Both the position numbers and the translations under genes were made by a program. The notes below the pieces were generated by a model. That model ran no database searches, had not been told where the DNA came from, and worked only from the letters and a program-made list of their open reading frames with translations. Positions 1-9,619 of a stretch of 33,334 nucleotides of DNA are shown here, in pieces. This DNA comes from Verrucomicrobia bacterium UBA673 (GTDB lineage Bacteria; Verrucomicrobiota; Verrucomicrobiia; Limisphaerales; UBA1096): the NCBI GenBank assembly GCA_002299785.1, contig DBNL01000016.1, positions 1 to 33,334 on the forward strand, in the 5' to 3' direction. Numbering within the stretch: the stretch's first letter is position 1; each line of letters opens with the position of its first letter.

Positions 1-1413
1 CAGCACCAGCGGGTTTGGCGCGTGAGCGTAAAAGTAACCGGCGAACAACGATGGTACTGCGAGCACGAGCAGCGGCACGGTCATCACGGCTGAACTCTCC
101 TTCGCTTGCTCGGCGTGTACCGAGCGTGGCTCACCCATGAACGCGACGACAAACAGCCGTGTCATGTAAAACGTCGTCAGCAACGCGACGAACACGGCGA
201 CCAAAAACAGCAGAATATTATTCTCCAGCGCGACATCGAGGATAGCTTCCTTACTGAAAAAACCGCTGAAGAGTGGCACGCCACAGAGCGCCATCGTGCC
301 AATCAAAAACGTCCAGTATGTCTTCGGCATCCGCGCTCGCAGGCCTCCCATTTTCCAGATGTCCTGCTCGTGATTAAGCCCCATGATTACCGAGCCAGCC
401 CCGAGGAACAGCAGCGCCTTGAAGGAGGCGTGCGTCGTCAGGTGAAACATCGCCGCGTCGGGCGAACCAAGCCCAACCGACATCACCATATAGCCCAGTT
501 GTGAGAGTGTCGAGTAGGCCAGGATGCGCTTGATATCGTCCTGCTGTACCGCCATCAGCGCGGCCAGCAGAGAGGTCAGGCCGCCGATCCACGCGATTGC
601 CTCCATCGCCCACGTGCCTTCGATCAGGAAAAACAGGCGGCAAAGCATATACACACCGGCGGCCACCATCGTCGCGGCGTGAATGAGTGCGCTGACAGGC
701 GTCGGGCCTTCCATCGCGTCCGGCAGCCATACGTGAAGAGGGGCTTGGGCCGACTTTCCCATCGCTCCGCAGAAAATCAGGAACCCGGCCAAACCGGTGA
801 TGGCCGCAGTTCCAGTCACGAGTTTGCTCTCGATGTCGTCGAAATTGATAGAACCCATCGCGGTCCAGACCATCAGGATGCCAATCAGAAAACCGAAATC
901 GCCTATACGGTTGGTGAGGAAGGCTTTTTTGGCGGCATCGGCCGCGCTGGGTTTTTCGAACCAAAATCCGATCAACAAATAACTCGAGACACCAACCAAT
1001 TCCCAGAAGATGAACATCATCACGAAGTTGTCGGCCAGCACTATGCCGAGCATCGAGAAAATGAAGAGGCTGAGGAAGGCGAAGTAGCGAGAGAAATCCC
1101 GATCCTCCTTCATGTAACCCAGCGAGAAAAAATGGATCACTCCCCCGACACCGGTAACGACACACAACATCAACTTGCTAAGCTTGTCGATTTGCAAGCC
1201 GATGTCGATTTGCAGTCCATCGATCGCGAGCCAAATAATGCTCGGATGCAGTTCGCCGCCGACAGCAATCAGCAGCAACGTCAGCAAAAATGAACCGACG
1301 ACCGCTCCGATTGAGATCGCCGCGCTGGCAATGCGCGAGCGGAACACGCCCAAGCCGATGAGCACCGCCGAGAGCAGCGGGAGCAACAAAACCAGCCATG
1401 CAGCGATATTCAT
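1..1413 (-). CDS. nuoL: NADH-quinone oxidoreductase subunit L (cluster 1), truncated at the window edge
   Basis: Missing from the ORF track because it has no stop in the window. Hand translation from ATG at 1413 gives MNIAAWLVLLLPLLSAVLIG...FIFWELVGVSSYLLIGFWFEKP...KKAFLTNRIGDFGF...WLPDAMEGPTPVSALIHAATMVAAG, which are NuoL/ND5 motifs. It follows nuoK. Confidence 0.96.
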   Translation of the reverse strand, partial: MNIAAWLVLLLPLLSAVLIGLGVFRSRIASAAISIGAVVGSFLLTLLLIAVGGELHPSIIWLAIDGLQIDIGLQIDKLSKLMLCVVTGVGGVIHFFSLGYMKEDRDFSRYFAFLSLFIFSMLGIVLADNFVMMFIFWELVGVSSYLLIGFWFEKPSAADAAKKAFLTNRIGDFGFLIGILMVWTAMGSINFDDIESKLVTGTAAITGLAGFLIFCGAMGKSAQAPLHVWLPDAMEGPTPVSALIHAATMVAAGVYMLCRLFFLIEGTWAMEAIAWIGGLTSLLAALMAVQQDDIKRILAYSTLSQLGYMVMSVGLGSPDAAMFHLTTHASFKALLFLGAGSVIMGLNHEQDIWKMGGLRARMPKTYWTFLIGTMALCGVPLFSGFFSKEAILDVALENNILLFLVAVFVALLTTFYMTRLFVVAFMGEPRSVHAEQAKESSAVMTVPLLVLAVPSLFAGYFYAHAPNPLVL

Positions 1414-1416
1414 CGT

Positions 1417-1722
1417 TTAGAGTTTCATCGTGGCCAAGTCTTCCACGTCGGCGGTTTGGCGTTTCCGATACAGCGCGACGATCAAGGCCAATCCAACGGA
1501 CACTTCCGCTGCGGCGACTGTGATGATGAAAAACACCATCACCTGCCCGTCGAGATTCCCATTGAAACGCGACATAGCCACGAGCGCCACGTTCGCCGCA
1601 TTGAGCATCAACTCGAGCGACATGTAGATGATTAGAAGGTTGCGCCTCACGATCACCCCCAGCAAACCGATCGCAAACAGCGCCCCGCTCACCAGCAGGT
1701 ATTGGCTCAAGGTCGGTTCCAT
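1417..1722 (-). CDS. nuoK: NADH-quinone oxidoreductase subunit K
   Basis: 101 aa with three TM helices; motifs [16 protein letters not shown] and [12 protein letters not shown]. Confidence 0.97.
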   Translation of the reverse strand: MEPTLSQYLLVSGALFAIGLLGVIVRRNLLIIYMSLELMLNAANVALVAMSRFNGNLDGQVMVFFIITVAAAEVSVGLALIVALYRKRQTADVEDLATMKL

Positions 1723-2273
1723 TATCGAGGCTCCTTTCTGCTCAACAAAATCACGCCAACCATCGCCACCAGCAGCAGGATAGAGACCATCTCGAACGGC
1801 AGGATGAATCCGTTGTCCTTACTGAACAGCGCTTGGCCAAGCGCCCTCGTGCTGCCGACTAACTTGGTCGGATTTACCTCTGCTTGGGCAGTATTCGCTG
1901 CTACTTCGTGTTGCTGAGGTACCTCACCATACGTCGACTCTAGCGAACTTTTGTAAACCAAAAACAGCGCGCCGACGGCAATGATTCCCATCGTAAGGCT
2001 TATGAGATTTAGTTTGCGGCGCGCGGCCTCCCGGAGATCCAGCAGCATGATCACGAACAGGAATAAAACCATCACGGCCCCGGCGTAAACGAGGATCTGC
2101 ACCGCCGCGAGAAAGTACGCGCCGAGTAGTACGAACAACCCAGAGATCGAGATCATCGTCGTCACGAGGAACATCGCACTCGTCACCGGGTTCCGACTGA
2201 ACGGATTAGCCGCTACCATCAACGCACTCAGCAAAGTCAGGCCGGCGAAAATATTGAACAGCGTTCCTTCCAT
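1722..2273 (-). CDS. nuoJ: NADH-quinone oxidoreductase subunit J
   Basis: Motifs [26 protein letters not shown] and [16 protein letters not shown]; operon position. Confidence 0.96.
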   Translation of the reverse strand: MEGTLFNIFAGLTLLSALMVAANPFSRNPVTSAMFLVTTMISISGLFVLLGAYFLAAVQILVYAGAVMVLFLFVIMLLDLREAARRKLNLISLTMGIIAVGALFLVYKSSLESTYGEVPQQHEVAANTAQAEVNPTKLVGSTRALGQALFSKDNGFILPFEMVSILLLVAMVGVILLSRKEPR

Positions 2274-2288
2274 GCCAAAATCAGCTCA

Positions 2289-2903
2289 TCAGTGAAACTT
2301 CGGTTGCTCCCTTGCTTCACGCGTTTTGGTTTCCCATTTTTTGATGCCATCGCTCACCCCATCCTGCACGTGGTGATCGTAGGCTCGCTTGTCCGCGCCG
2401 CCCAGCGCGAGCAACTTTTTCATATCGTAAACCAATTCCTCGCGACTCTCACCGGTGATGGCATTATCCTTCAACAGATAAATCGCCTCCTCCGGGCAAA
2501 CTTCCTGACAGTAACCACAATAGATGCAACGGAGCATATCGATCTCGAATTCCTTCGGCATCTTCTCCGCGCCCTCGCGATCGACCACGCCGCTGTCTCC
2601 CGGTGGCGTGATACGAATGGCTCTGGGAGGACAGACAAACTCACACAATTGGCACGAAACGCACTTGGTTTTATCGTCCACATCCTTCACCAAATACGGG
2701 GCACCGCGGTAACCGGTGGGTACATCCCATTTTTCCTCCGGATACTGCATCGTGGTCTTGGCGCTGTAATTCTTCTGCTTGTCGCCGTAAACCTCCGAGC
2801 GTTTCCATGAAAAGAAATGACGTAGCGTGACCTTGAAACCGTTAAGCAGAGTCGGCAAATACAGCCGCTCCCACCAGGTCAACTCTGTGCGATCCACTTT
2901 CAT
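2289..2903 (-). CDS. nuoI: NADH-quinone oxidoreductase subunit I (2x[4Fe-4S])
   Basis: Two CxxCxxCxxxCP motifs (CVSCQLCEFVCP and CIYCGYCQEVCP); TMQYPEE...YRG. Confidence 0.96.
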   Translation of the reverse strand: MKVDRTELTWWERLYLPTLLNGFKVTLRHFFSWKRSEVYGDKQKNYSAKTTMQYPEEKWDVPTGYRGAPYLVKDVDDKTKCVSCQLCEFVCPPRAIRITPPGDSGVVDREGAEKMPKEFEIDMLRCIYCGYCQEVCPEEAIYLLKDNAITGESREELVYDMKKLLALGGADKRAYDHHVQDGVSDGIKKWETKTREAREQPKFH

Positions 2904-2913
2904 TTTTTCGTCC

Positions 2914-4053
2914 TCAACTGTGCAGCACCCAGAGCACGATTGCCGTAAAGATAATGTTGGCCAAGCTCAAAGGCAGGAACCGTTTCCAACCTATGTTCAT
3001 AAGTTGATCGTAGCGGAATCGAGGCAACATCCAGCGAATCCAAATCATCAAAACAAGAAACATCGCGATCTTCGCGATGAACACGCCAATATGCACCAAC
3101 CCTTGGCCTAGCGACTGAGCAGGTGTGTTGAAAAATTCGCCGAAAGGCAGCGTCCAGCCACCGCAAAACAACACAACCATTAGCGCTGATCCGGCGATCA
3201 TCGCCGCGTATTCCCCCATGAAAAAAAGCGCAAAACTCATGGAGCTATACTCGGTATTGTAACCTGCTACCAGCTCCGTTTCCGACTCCGGCAAGTCGAA
3301 TGGCAAACGGTTGGTCTCCGCAAAAATCGCGATCAGAAAAATTGCAAACGCAATCGGTTGCTTAAACATCAGCCAATCTAAAATACTCTCGTGCTGATAG
3401 GCGATCACGTTAGAGAGGTTCAGCAACCCAGTGTCTTTTATGTATTTCGACCACGCCGTGGATTTATCTATCAGTTCAGCCTGCCAAGCAGGATCGGCCG
3501 CCAGCATGAACACGGGTACGACCGCCAAGCCCATCGCTATTTCGTAGGAAATCATTTGCGCCGTCGAGCGGATGCCGCCGAGGAACGGATACTTCGAGTT
3601 CGAGGCATAGCCAGCTAGCACAACGCCATACACTCCCAACGACACGATGCCGAAAGTAAACAGGATGCCGACATCAAGATCAGCGATGACCATCTTCTGT
3701 GCCCCTAGCATCGAGCCGAACGGCAACACAGCAAGCACCACGAACGACGGCACCATCGCAACCGCTGGGGCCATCCAATAAAATACTTTCCGCACATGAG
3801 CTGGCGTGAAGTCCTCTTTTACCAGAGCCTTCAGCCCATCGGCCAGCGGTTGGCCAAGACCAAGCAACTTGATGCTTGTGAACGGGATGCCAACGCGGTT
3901 TGGCCCAATACGATCCTGAATCCAAGCCGAGATGCGGCGTTCGGCAACGACCGAGTAGGCGACCATCGGCATCACCACGGCGAACACCGCAATCACCTTA
4001 AGCAGCGTCAGCACCCACGGCTCGGCAAACAGTCCTGTGATCAAGGCAGGCAT
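2914..4053 (-). CDS. nuoH: NADH-quinone oxidoreductase subunit H
   Basis: Motifs ERRISAWIQDRIGPN, QPLADGLK, AETNRLPFDLPESETELVAGYNTEYS and PRFRYDQLM. Confidence 0.97.
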   Translation of the reverse strand: MPALITGLFAEPWVLTLLKVIAVFAVVMPMVAYSVVAERRISAWIQDRIGPNRVGIPFTSIKLLGLGQPLADGLKALVKEDFTPAHVRKVFYWMAPAVAMVPSFVVLAVLPFGSMLGAQKMVIADLDVGILFTFGIVSLGVYGVVLAGYASNSKYPFLGGIRSTAQMISYEIAMGLAVVPVFMLAADPAWQAELIDKSTAWSKYIKDTGLLNLSNVIAYQHESILDWLMFKQPIAFAIFLIAIFAETNRLPFDLPESETELVAGYNTEYSSMSFALFFMGEYAAMIAGSALMVVLFCGGWTLPFGEFFNTPAQSLGQGLVHIGVFIAKIAMFLVLMIWIRWMLPRFRYDQLMNIGWKRFLPLSLANIIFTAIVLWVLHS

Positions 4054-5753
4054 TACAATTTCACGTCCGCGCCTTTATCCCCGAGACTGGCCCACGTCAG
4101 GCCAGCGGCCTTGAACGCCTTCACCTCGCCCGCCATTTGGTTAAACAACCCCTCGATACTGTTAAAGCCGTCAAGGCCGGTAACGGCGTGCACAAGCTCG
4201 TGCAGCACTTCCCACTCCGGCATCGCGTCACCGGGCGCCTCGAAGGCTTTTGTGAATTTCTGCACGCGCCCTTTCACGTTGGTGAAAGTCCCGCGTTTCT
4301 CGGCATGCGCGCAGCCCGGTAGCAGATAGTTGGCTTTTTTTGTCGTCGCGTTGGGCAGAATATCGCTGACGATCAGCAACTTCAACGTGCCAAGCAGCGT
4401 GGCGTCGATGCCGTGCTGCGTGACGTCCTCACCGAAAACAATCAGCGTCGTAATTTTGCCGGACGCGATCCCCTTGGCGATGGCTGCAAGCCTCGAGCCG
4501 ACACGCTTGGTCGTGATTCCGGTCAACTGCGCGCCGGTGGTGTTCGGGTTGCGATCCCCGGCGACGAGTAAATGATCGGCCTCACCCTTGCGCGGTACGG
4601 CGTCGGTCAACGCCTTGTAGCGCTTGGCCAATTTCTTCAGCAGAAAAAGTTCTTCGTTGGTTTGCCGCGCCGACGTGACGACCGCGACCGAGCCTTCGGC
4701 GGCATTGGCCAAGTGTCCAGAAATCTCCTGCAATGCGCTTGGCCAAGTGATGTCGCCCTTTGGCCCGCGCAACTTCGTCAAGCGATCTTCACGGCCGATC
4801 CACTTGTAGTCGAGCCGACCGGCGTCGCACATCCAGTCGCTGTTCACAGCGTTGTTTCGGCGCGGCTCGTAGCGGTACATCTTGTTTTCGCGCGAGCCGA
4901 TGACCGTGTTGCAACCGGTGCCGCAGCCAGTGCATAGGCTCTTGGTTTCTTTGAGGAACCAGACGCGCATCTGGAAGCGAAAGTCGTCCGACGTCAACGC
5001 GCCGACCGGGCAGATATCGACGGTGTTAAGTGTGTAGTTATTGTCGAATGGCTGGCCGGGATAAGTCGAGATCGCGTTGTAGCTGCCTCGGTTCACGATG
5101 CCCAAAGCGTCGTCGCCGGCGACATCGGCAGTGAAGCGGATACAACGGGTACACATCACGCAGCGCTCGGCGTCAAGCGTGATTCGCGGACCAAGATCGA
5201 CCGCCTTGGGCTTGTGCACCTTCACCTCGGCGAACCGGCTCTCTGGTTGGCCATGCTCGACCGAGTATTCTTGCAGCTTGCACTCGCCGGCTTGATCGCA
5301 AATCGAGCAATCGAGTGGGTGGTTGATCAGCAGCGACTCGAGCACCGCCTCGCGCATCTCGCGGGTTTCCGGGCTGCTGGCGTAAATCTCCATTCCGGGA
5401 ATGATGCCAGTCGCGCAACCGATGACACCGCGCGGTGTCCCCGGCTCGTACGGGAGTTGCATAGGAAAAACTTTCGGCGTGCCGTCCTCGCTCATCGGAG
5501 GCTTGCCATCGGGGCCGGGGCGTCCCGGCATGGCGACATGCACGAGGCACATCCGGCAGTTACCGGCTACTGGCAGCTTAGGGTGATAACAGTAATGCGG
5601 AATCTCGATGCCGGCGTGCTTGCAGGCCTGCAGGACGGTGGTCGGCTCCGGGTTTCCCTGCCAGTTCGGCGTGGTGCGCGGCACCTCAACAGCGCGACCG
5701 TCCACCTTCACCGTGACGGTTTCAACTGCCGGTTCTGTCTGCATGGTTGCCAT
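4053..5753 (-). CDS. nuoG: NADH-quinone oxidoreductase subunit G (short form, 566 aa)
   Basis: Fe-S motifs CYHPKL..GNCRMC (N1b), HPLDCSICDQAGECKLQ (N5), CVMCTRC...DICPVGAL (N4) and CTGCGTGC...WMCD (N7-type); C-terminal AEKRGTFTN..GRVQ. Confidence 0.95.
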   Translation of the reverse strand: MATMQTEPAVETVTVKVDGRAVEVPRTTPNWQGNPEPTTVLQACKHAGIEIPHYCYHPKLPVAGNCRMCLVHVAMPGRPGPDGKPPMSEDGTPKVFPMQLPYEPGTPRGVIGCATGIIPGMEIYASSPETREMREAVLESLLINHPLDCSICDQAGECKLQEYSVEHGQPESRFAEVKVHKPKAVDLGPRITLDAERCVMCTRCIRFTADVAGDDALGIVNRGSYNAISTYPGQPFDNNYTLNTVDICPVGALTSDDFRFQMRVWFLKETKSLCTGCGTGCNTVIGSRENKMYRYEPRRNNAVNSDWMCDAGRLDYKWIGREDRLTKLRGPKGDITWPSALQEISGHLANAAEGSVAVVTSARQTNEELFLLKKLAKRYKALTDAVPRKGEADHLLVAGDRNPNTTGAQLTGITTKRVGSRLAAIAKGIASGKITTLIVFGEDVTQHGIDATLLGTLKLLIVSDILPNATTKKANYLLPGCAHAEKRGTFTNVKGRVQKFTKAFEAPGDAMPEWEVLHELVHAVTGLDGFNSIEGLFNQMAGEVKAFKAAGLTWASLGDKGADVKL

Positions 5754-5755
5754 CG

Positions 5756-7159
5756 CTATTTCGTTGCGCCCTCCCCCTTGCTATTGGCCAAGCGAGCTTC
5801 GTCCTCGGCGCCACGTTTCTCGAAATCATCGCGAAACTTGTCCACAAAACTCAGCACCGGCCAAGCGCACGCTTCGCCGAACGCGCAAATGGTGCGACCC
5901 TGTATATTCTGCGCGATGTGCTTTAAATAATCGGCATCGCCCTTGCGAGCCTCGCCGCTGCGCATGCGCTTGAGCGCTTTGGCCATCCACAGCGAACCTT
6001 CGCGGCACGGGGTGCATTGGCCGCAACTCTCGTGCGCGTAAAAATCAGAGAGGTTGCCGAGTGCCTCAACGATGTCCACCGAGTCATCCAGCACAATGAT
6101 GGCGCTCGAGCCGGACATCGAGCCGCATTTCATCAGTGTGTCGAAGTCATACGGGATGTCGAGGAGGTCGAGTTTTTGTTCAACGACCGCACCCCTCTTG
6201 TCCTTGCTCTTGATTTCAAACTTCTCACCCGCGCAAAACACTTTCGACGATGAGCCGCCGGGGATGATAGCCCGAAGTTTGCGGCCATCGCGCAGTCCTT
6301 GACCAAAGTTTTCGTGAAAGATCAATTCGCCGAGAGTGGCCTTGCCTACCTCGATTTCGTAGTAGCCAGGGCGATTGACGTTGCCGCTCAAGCTGACGAT
6401 GCGCGTGCCAGTGTTGCCGGCCGTGCCCAATGCGGCGTAGGCGTCAGCACCGATTTCCATCACGTTGCGGACGTTGCAAAGTGTCTCAACGTTGTTGACG
6501 ATGGTCGGACACATGTACAGGCCCAGCACGGCCGGGAAGTACGGTGGCTTGATGCGCGGATATGGCCGCTTGCCCTCGAGCGACTCGATTAGGCCTGTTT
6601 CCTCTCCGCAAATATACGCGCCCGCGCCGCGGTGCACGTGGATTTCAAGATTGTATTTCGTGCCGCAAATGCCGGTTCCGAGGAAGCCCTTGGCCTTGGC
6701 CTCTTCGATAGCTCGGTTGAGGATTTTTGCGCCCTCCGGAAATTCGCCACGAATGTAAATGTAGGCAAGCTTCACGTCGTTGGCATAGCACGACAGGATC
6801 ATACCCTCGATCAGCTGGTGCGGATCCTTGTGAATGATCTGTCGATCCTTGAACGTGCCTGGCTCGGATTCGTCGGCGTTGCAGATGAGATAAACCGGCT
6901 TGCCAGAATTGTGGTTAACGAAATTCCACTTCATGCCGCACGAGAACCCCGCCCCGCCCCGGCCGCGCAAACCGGAGGCAAGTACTTCCTTGCGAATGGC
7001 TTCTTGCGGGGTCACCACGGCGTTCCCGCGCTTCTTCGGCTTGAGCCTGAATGCCTTTTTCAGGGTCTTGTAGCCCCCGTGTTTCAGGTAACACTGGATG
7101 CCATTCGTGTAACCCGCCTCGTCGGCGTGTTTCAAAATAAGTTTGGTTTCTTTCGGCAT
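5756..7159 (-). CDS. nuoF: NADH-quinone oxidoreductase subunit F (FMN/NADH-binding)
   Basis: Motifs GLRGRGGAGF, NADESEPGTFKD, GAGAYICGEET and ESCGQCTPCREG...TIC. Confidence 0.98.
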   Translation of the reverse strand: MPKETKLILKHADEAGYTNGIQCYLKHGGYKTLKKAFRLKPKKRGNAVVTPQEAIRKEVLASGLRGRGGAGFSCGMKWNFVNHNSGKPVYLICNADESEPGTFKDRQIIHKDPHQLIEGMILSCYANDVKLAYIYIRGEFPEGAKILNRAIEEAKAKGFLGTGICGTKYNLEIHVHRGAGAYICGEETGLIESLEGKRPYPRIKPPYFPAVLGLYMCPTIVNNVETLCNVRNVMEIGADAYAALGTAGNTGTRIVSLSGNVNRPGYYEIEVGKATLGELIFHENFGQGLRDGRKLRAIIPGGSSSKVFCAGEKFEIKSKDKRGAVVEQKLDLLDIPYDFDTLMKCGSMSGSSAIIVLDDSVDIVEALGNLSDFYAHESCGQCTPCREGSLWMAKALKRMRSGEARKGDADYLKHIAQNIQGRTICAFGEACAWPVLSFVDKFRDDFEKRGAEDEARLANSKGEGATK

Positions 7160-7218
7160 TCAGTAATTCGAGCCTTGACTCATAGGGCTCATTTTCAATA
7201 TGTATCCCCGCGCGACGA

Positions 7219-7292
7219 TGCCGAATGGTGTAACGGTAGCACAACGGTCTCTGACACCGTTTGTCTAGGTTCGAATCCTAGTTCGGCAACCA
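7219..7292 (+). tRNA. tRNA-Gln (anticodon CUG) with encoded CCA
   Basis: Acceptor stem TGCCGAA/TTCGGCA, D-arm GTG-TAACGGTAG-CAC, anticodon arm ACGGT-CT[CTG]AC-ACCGT, T-arm CTAGG-TTCGAAT-CCTAG and 3' ACCA. The U1-A72 pair is typical of bacterial tRNA-Gln. Confidence 0.96.
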
Positions 7293-7295
7293 TCT

Positions 7296-7784
7296 TCATT
7301 CTTCGTATTTTTCCAGGATCTCATCCGCGCCGTCGTTCGTGACGCTCTCGTAAAAGTCATCGTTGCACATCATCACAGGCCCGGTGCCGCAACTGGCCAG
7401 GCACTCGGCGTACTCGACACCGTATTTTCCGTCTTTCGTCCGCTGCAAGCCGGGCGCACCAGCATCCAGGCCAAGCCTCTCGCAAATATGCCTATGCAGC
7501 CTGCCGCTCCCGGCCAGGGCACAGCTCAACGTGCGGCAAACCCTCACCACGGTTTTCCCGGGGTCATGCTCACGCAGCATCGGGTAAAACGTCACCAACT
7601 CGTGAATGTTGATCGGCTGCAAATCCAGCTTGGCCGCGGTCCATTTTTCCGCCTCGCGGGATATGTGCCCGAACTCATCCTGCAGCGCGTGGAGCACCAT
7701 CAGCGAAGCGCTGCGCTTCTCCGGATAGTTCTTAACAAGCCGGTTGATTTCCCTCTCCAGTTTTTTGGGGACTTCAAAACTCAT
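7296..7784 (-). CDS. nuoE: NADH-quinone oxidoreductase subunit E ([2Fe-2S])
   Basis: CRTLSC...ECLASC ligands and VTFYPM. Start placed at ATG 7784, which overlaps the nuoD stop (ATGA). Confidence 0.96.
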   Translation of the reverse strand: MSFEVPKKLEREINRLVKNYPEKRSASLMVLHALQDEFGHISREAEKWTAAKLDLQPINIHELVTFYPMLREHDPGKTVVRVCRTLSCALAGSGRLHRHICERLGLDAGAPGLQRTKDGKYGVEYAECLASCGTGPVMMCNDDFYESVTNDGADEILEKYEE

Positions 7785-9031
7785 CGGTCGCACTCCCCCA
7801 TCACAAAATCGAGAGACCCCAAAATCGCCACTACATCGCTGATCATGTGCGCAGGCAGGGTGTGCGACAGAATACTCAGGTTCGCGAATGAGGGCGCGCG
7901 GATTTTCAACCGGTATGGCACGCCGCCGCCCTTGCTGAAGATATAAAAGCCGAGTTCGCCCTTCGGGTTTTCAGCACCAAAATAAACCTCGCCAGCCGGC
8001 GCGTCCTGACCCTGCGTCACTAACATGAACTGGTGGATCAACTCCTCCATGCTCGAGAGCACCTTCTGTTTGTCCGGCAGAATGATCTTGCCATCATCGA
8101 CATTGACCGGTCCGCCGGGCAGCTTAGCCAAGCACTGGTCAAGCAGGCGTACGCTTTGGCGCATCTCCTCCATTCGCACGAGGTAACGGTCGTAACAGTC
8201 TCCAACTTCCCCGTACGGCACGTCGAAGTCGAGTTGATCGTACACGAGATACGGATGCGCCTTGCGCAGATCATACTCCATATTGCTGCCGCGCAAGTTC
8301 GGACCGGTCAGGCCAAAATCGATCGCGTCCTCCCGGCTGATCACGCCAACGTCACGGGTTCGATCTACGAATATCTTGTTACGAGTCAGTAACTTGTCGG
8401 CCTCGCCGATGGCCACGCTAATCTCTTGGGTGAACTTGGCCAACTCGTCCGTCCAACCCTCCGGCAGATCACGGGACAACCCTCCGATGCGTGTGTACGA
8501 CGTCGTAAACCGCGCGCCGGTTAGCGCCTCGATCAGGTTGTAGATTTTCTCACGCTCGGTGAACGTGTGCAGAAACACCGTCAACGCGCCGACGTCCATC
8601 GCGAACGCCCCGAGGCCAAGCATATGCGCCGAGATTCGGGCAAGTTCGCAGCAGATCACGCGAATATATTGGCAGCGCTCCGGCAGCTTGTCGTGAATGC
8701 CAAGCAGCTTCTCCACCGCTAGCGAGTAGGCGACGTTGTTTGCCAAGGGCGCGAGATAGTCCAGTCGATCCGTGTATGGGATAAACTGGTTGTACGTCAT
8801 GTTCTCGGCGATCTTCTCGTCGCCGCGATGCAGGTAACCGATTTCAGGGTCAGCCTTAGTGATGATTTCGCCGTCGAGTTCGAGTACCAACCGCAACACG
8901 CCATGCGTCGCCGGGTGCGACGGCCCCATGTTCAGGATCATCTTCTCACCCTGTACATCACGCAAATCATCCACCGCCTGCGCCGAGCGCGCCGCCGAAT
9001 CCTTCACCTCTATTTGCTGAGTCGCCGTCAT
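7781..9031 (-). CDS. nuoD: NADH-quinone oxidoreductase subunit D
   Basis: Motifs NMGPSHPATHGVLR, GYLHRGDEK, DRLDY, ENPKGELG and C-terminal DFVMGECDR. Confidence 0.98.
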   Translation of the reverse strand: MTATQQIEVKDSAARSAQAVDDLRDVQGEKMILNMGPSHPATHGVLRLVLELDGEIITKADPEIGYLHRGDEKIAENMTYNQFIPYTDRLDYLAPLANNVAYSLAVEKLLGIHDKLPERCQYIRVICCELARISAHMLGLGAFAMDVGALTVFLHTFTEREKIYNLIEALTGARFTTSYTRIGGLSRDLPEGWTDELAKFTQEISVAIGEADKLLTRNKIFVDRTRDVGVISREDAIDFGLTGPNLRGSNMEYDLRKAHPYLVYDQLDFDVPYGEVGDCYDRYLVRMEEMRQSVRLLDQCLAKLPGGPVNVDDGKIILPDKQKVLSSMEELIHQFMLVTQGQDAPAGEVYFGAENPKGELGFYIFSKGGGVPYRLKIRAPSFANLSILSHTLPAHMISDVVAILGSLDFVMGECDR

Positions 9032-9612
9032 CGATCAGCGTTCGGATTGCGCTCTCGTGGTTCCCGCGCAGTCGAGTCCTCGCCACCGGCCACGGTGACG
9101 AATGGCCCGCCCTCGAGCGGTGCCGGGTCTGAGAACGCCACGTCCGGCATCTCGCTTGGCTTGCCGGCCAAGGGGAAATCCTTTCGCAACGGAAAATAAG
9201 GGTAGCCCTCCCACATCAGGATGCGGCGCAAGTCGGGATGCCCGGCGAACCGGATGCCCATCATGTCGTACGCCTCGCGCTCGTGCCAGTTGGCCGTGCG
9301 CCAGACAGATGATACCGTCGACAATTCGGACTCCTCCTCACTCACGCTGATTTTCAGTCGTAAATGGCAAAAATGCTCGTAGCCGTATATGTGATACACC
9401 GCCGTCCATCGCGGTGTCTCCTCATGGTTGTCGATTGTAGTGAGGTCGACGAGAAAATCGAAGCCAAGTTCCGTCTTGGCGAATTGGCAGACTTCGGCAA
9501 TTCGCGAGGCGTCCAACAATTCCAGCGTCAACTCACCGCGAAACTCCACCGGGCCGGAGACGATCCCCTCGAACTGTTGCTTTAGCGTTTTGGCCAGTTG
9601 TTTCGGAGTCAT
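9028..9612 (-). CDS. nuoC: NADH-quinone oxidoreductase subunit C
   Basis: Motif ANWHEREAYDMMGIRFAGHPDLRRILMW...PLRKDFPL. Start moved to ATG 9612 (MTPKQLAK), just after the nuoB stop. Confidence 0.95.
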   Translation of the reverse strand: MTPKQLAKTLKQQFEGIVSGPVEFRGELTLELLDASRIAEVCQFAKTELGFDFLVDLTTIDNHEETPRWTAVYHIYGYEHFCHLRLKISVSEEESELSTVSSVWRTANWHEREAYDMMGIRFAGHPDLRRILMWEGYPYFPLRKDFPLAGKPSEMPDVAFSDPAPLEGGPFVTVAGGEDSTAREPRERNPNADR

Positions 9613-9619
9613 TCGGGTC

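Noticed and set aside
660-730. Near-identical inverted nucleotide repeat with about 29615-29690
   Set aside because: It is explained by the conserved WLPDAMEGPTPVSALIHAATMVAAG motif in the two oppositely oriented nuoL paralogs and is not a mobile-element end.
374-1165. 263-aa minus-strand ORF and other ORFs inside the two edge genes, suggesting frameshifts or pseudogenes
   Set aside because: nuoL (1-1413) and nuoM copy 2 (32241-end) show their expected motifs in a single frame. They are missing from the ORF track only because their stops lie outside the window.
7219-7292. tRNA as the attachment site of an integrated element
   Set aside because: No integrase and no duplicated tRNA 3' end were seen in the window, and both flanks are intact nuo genes.
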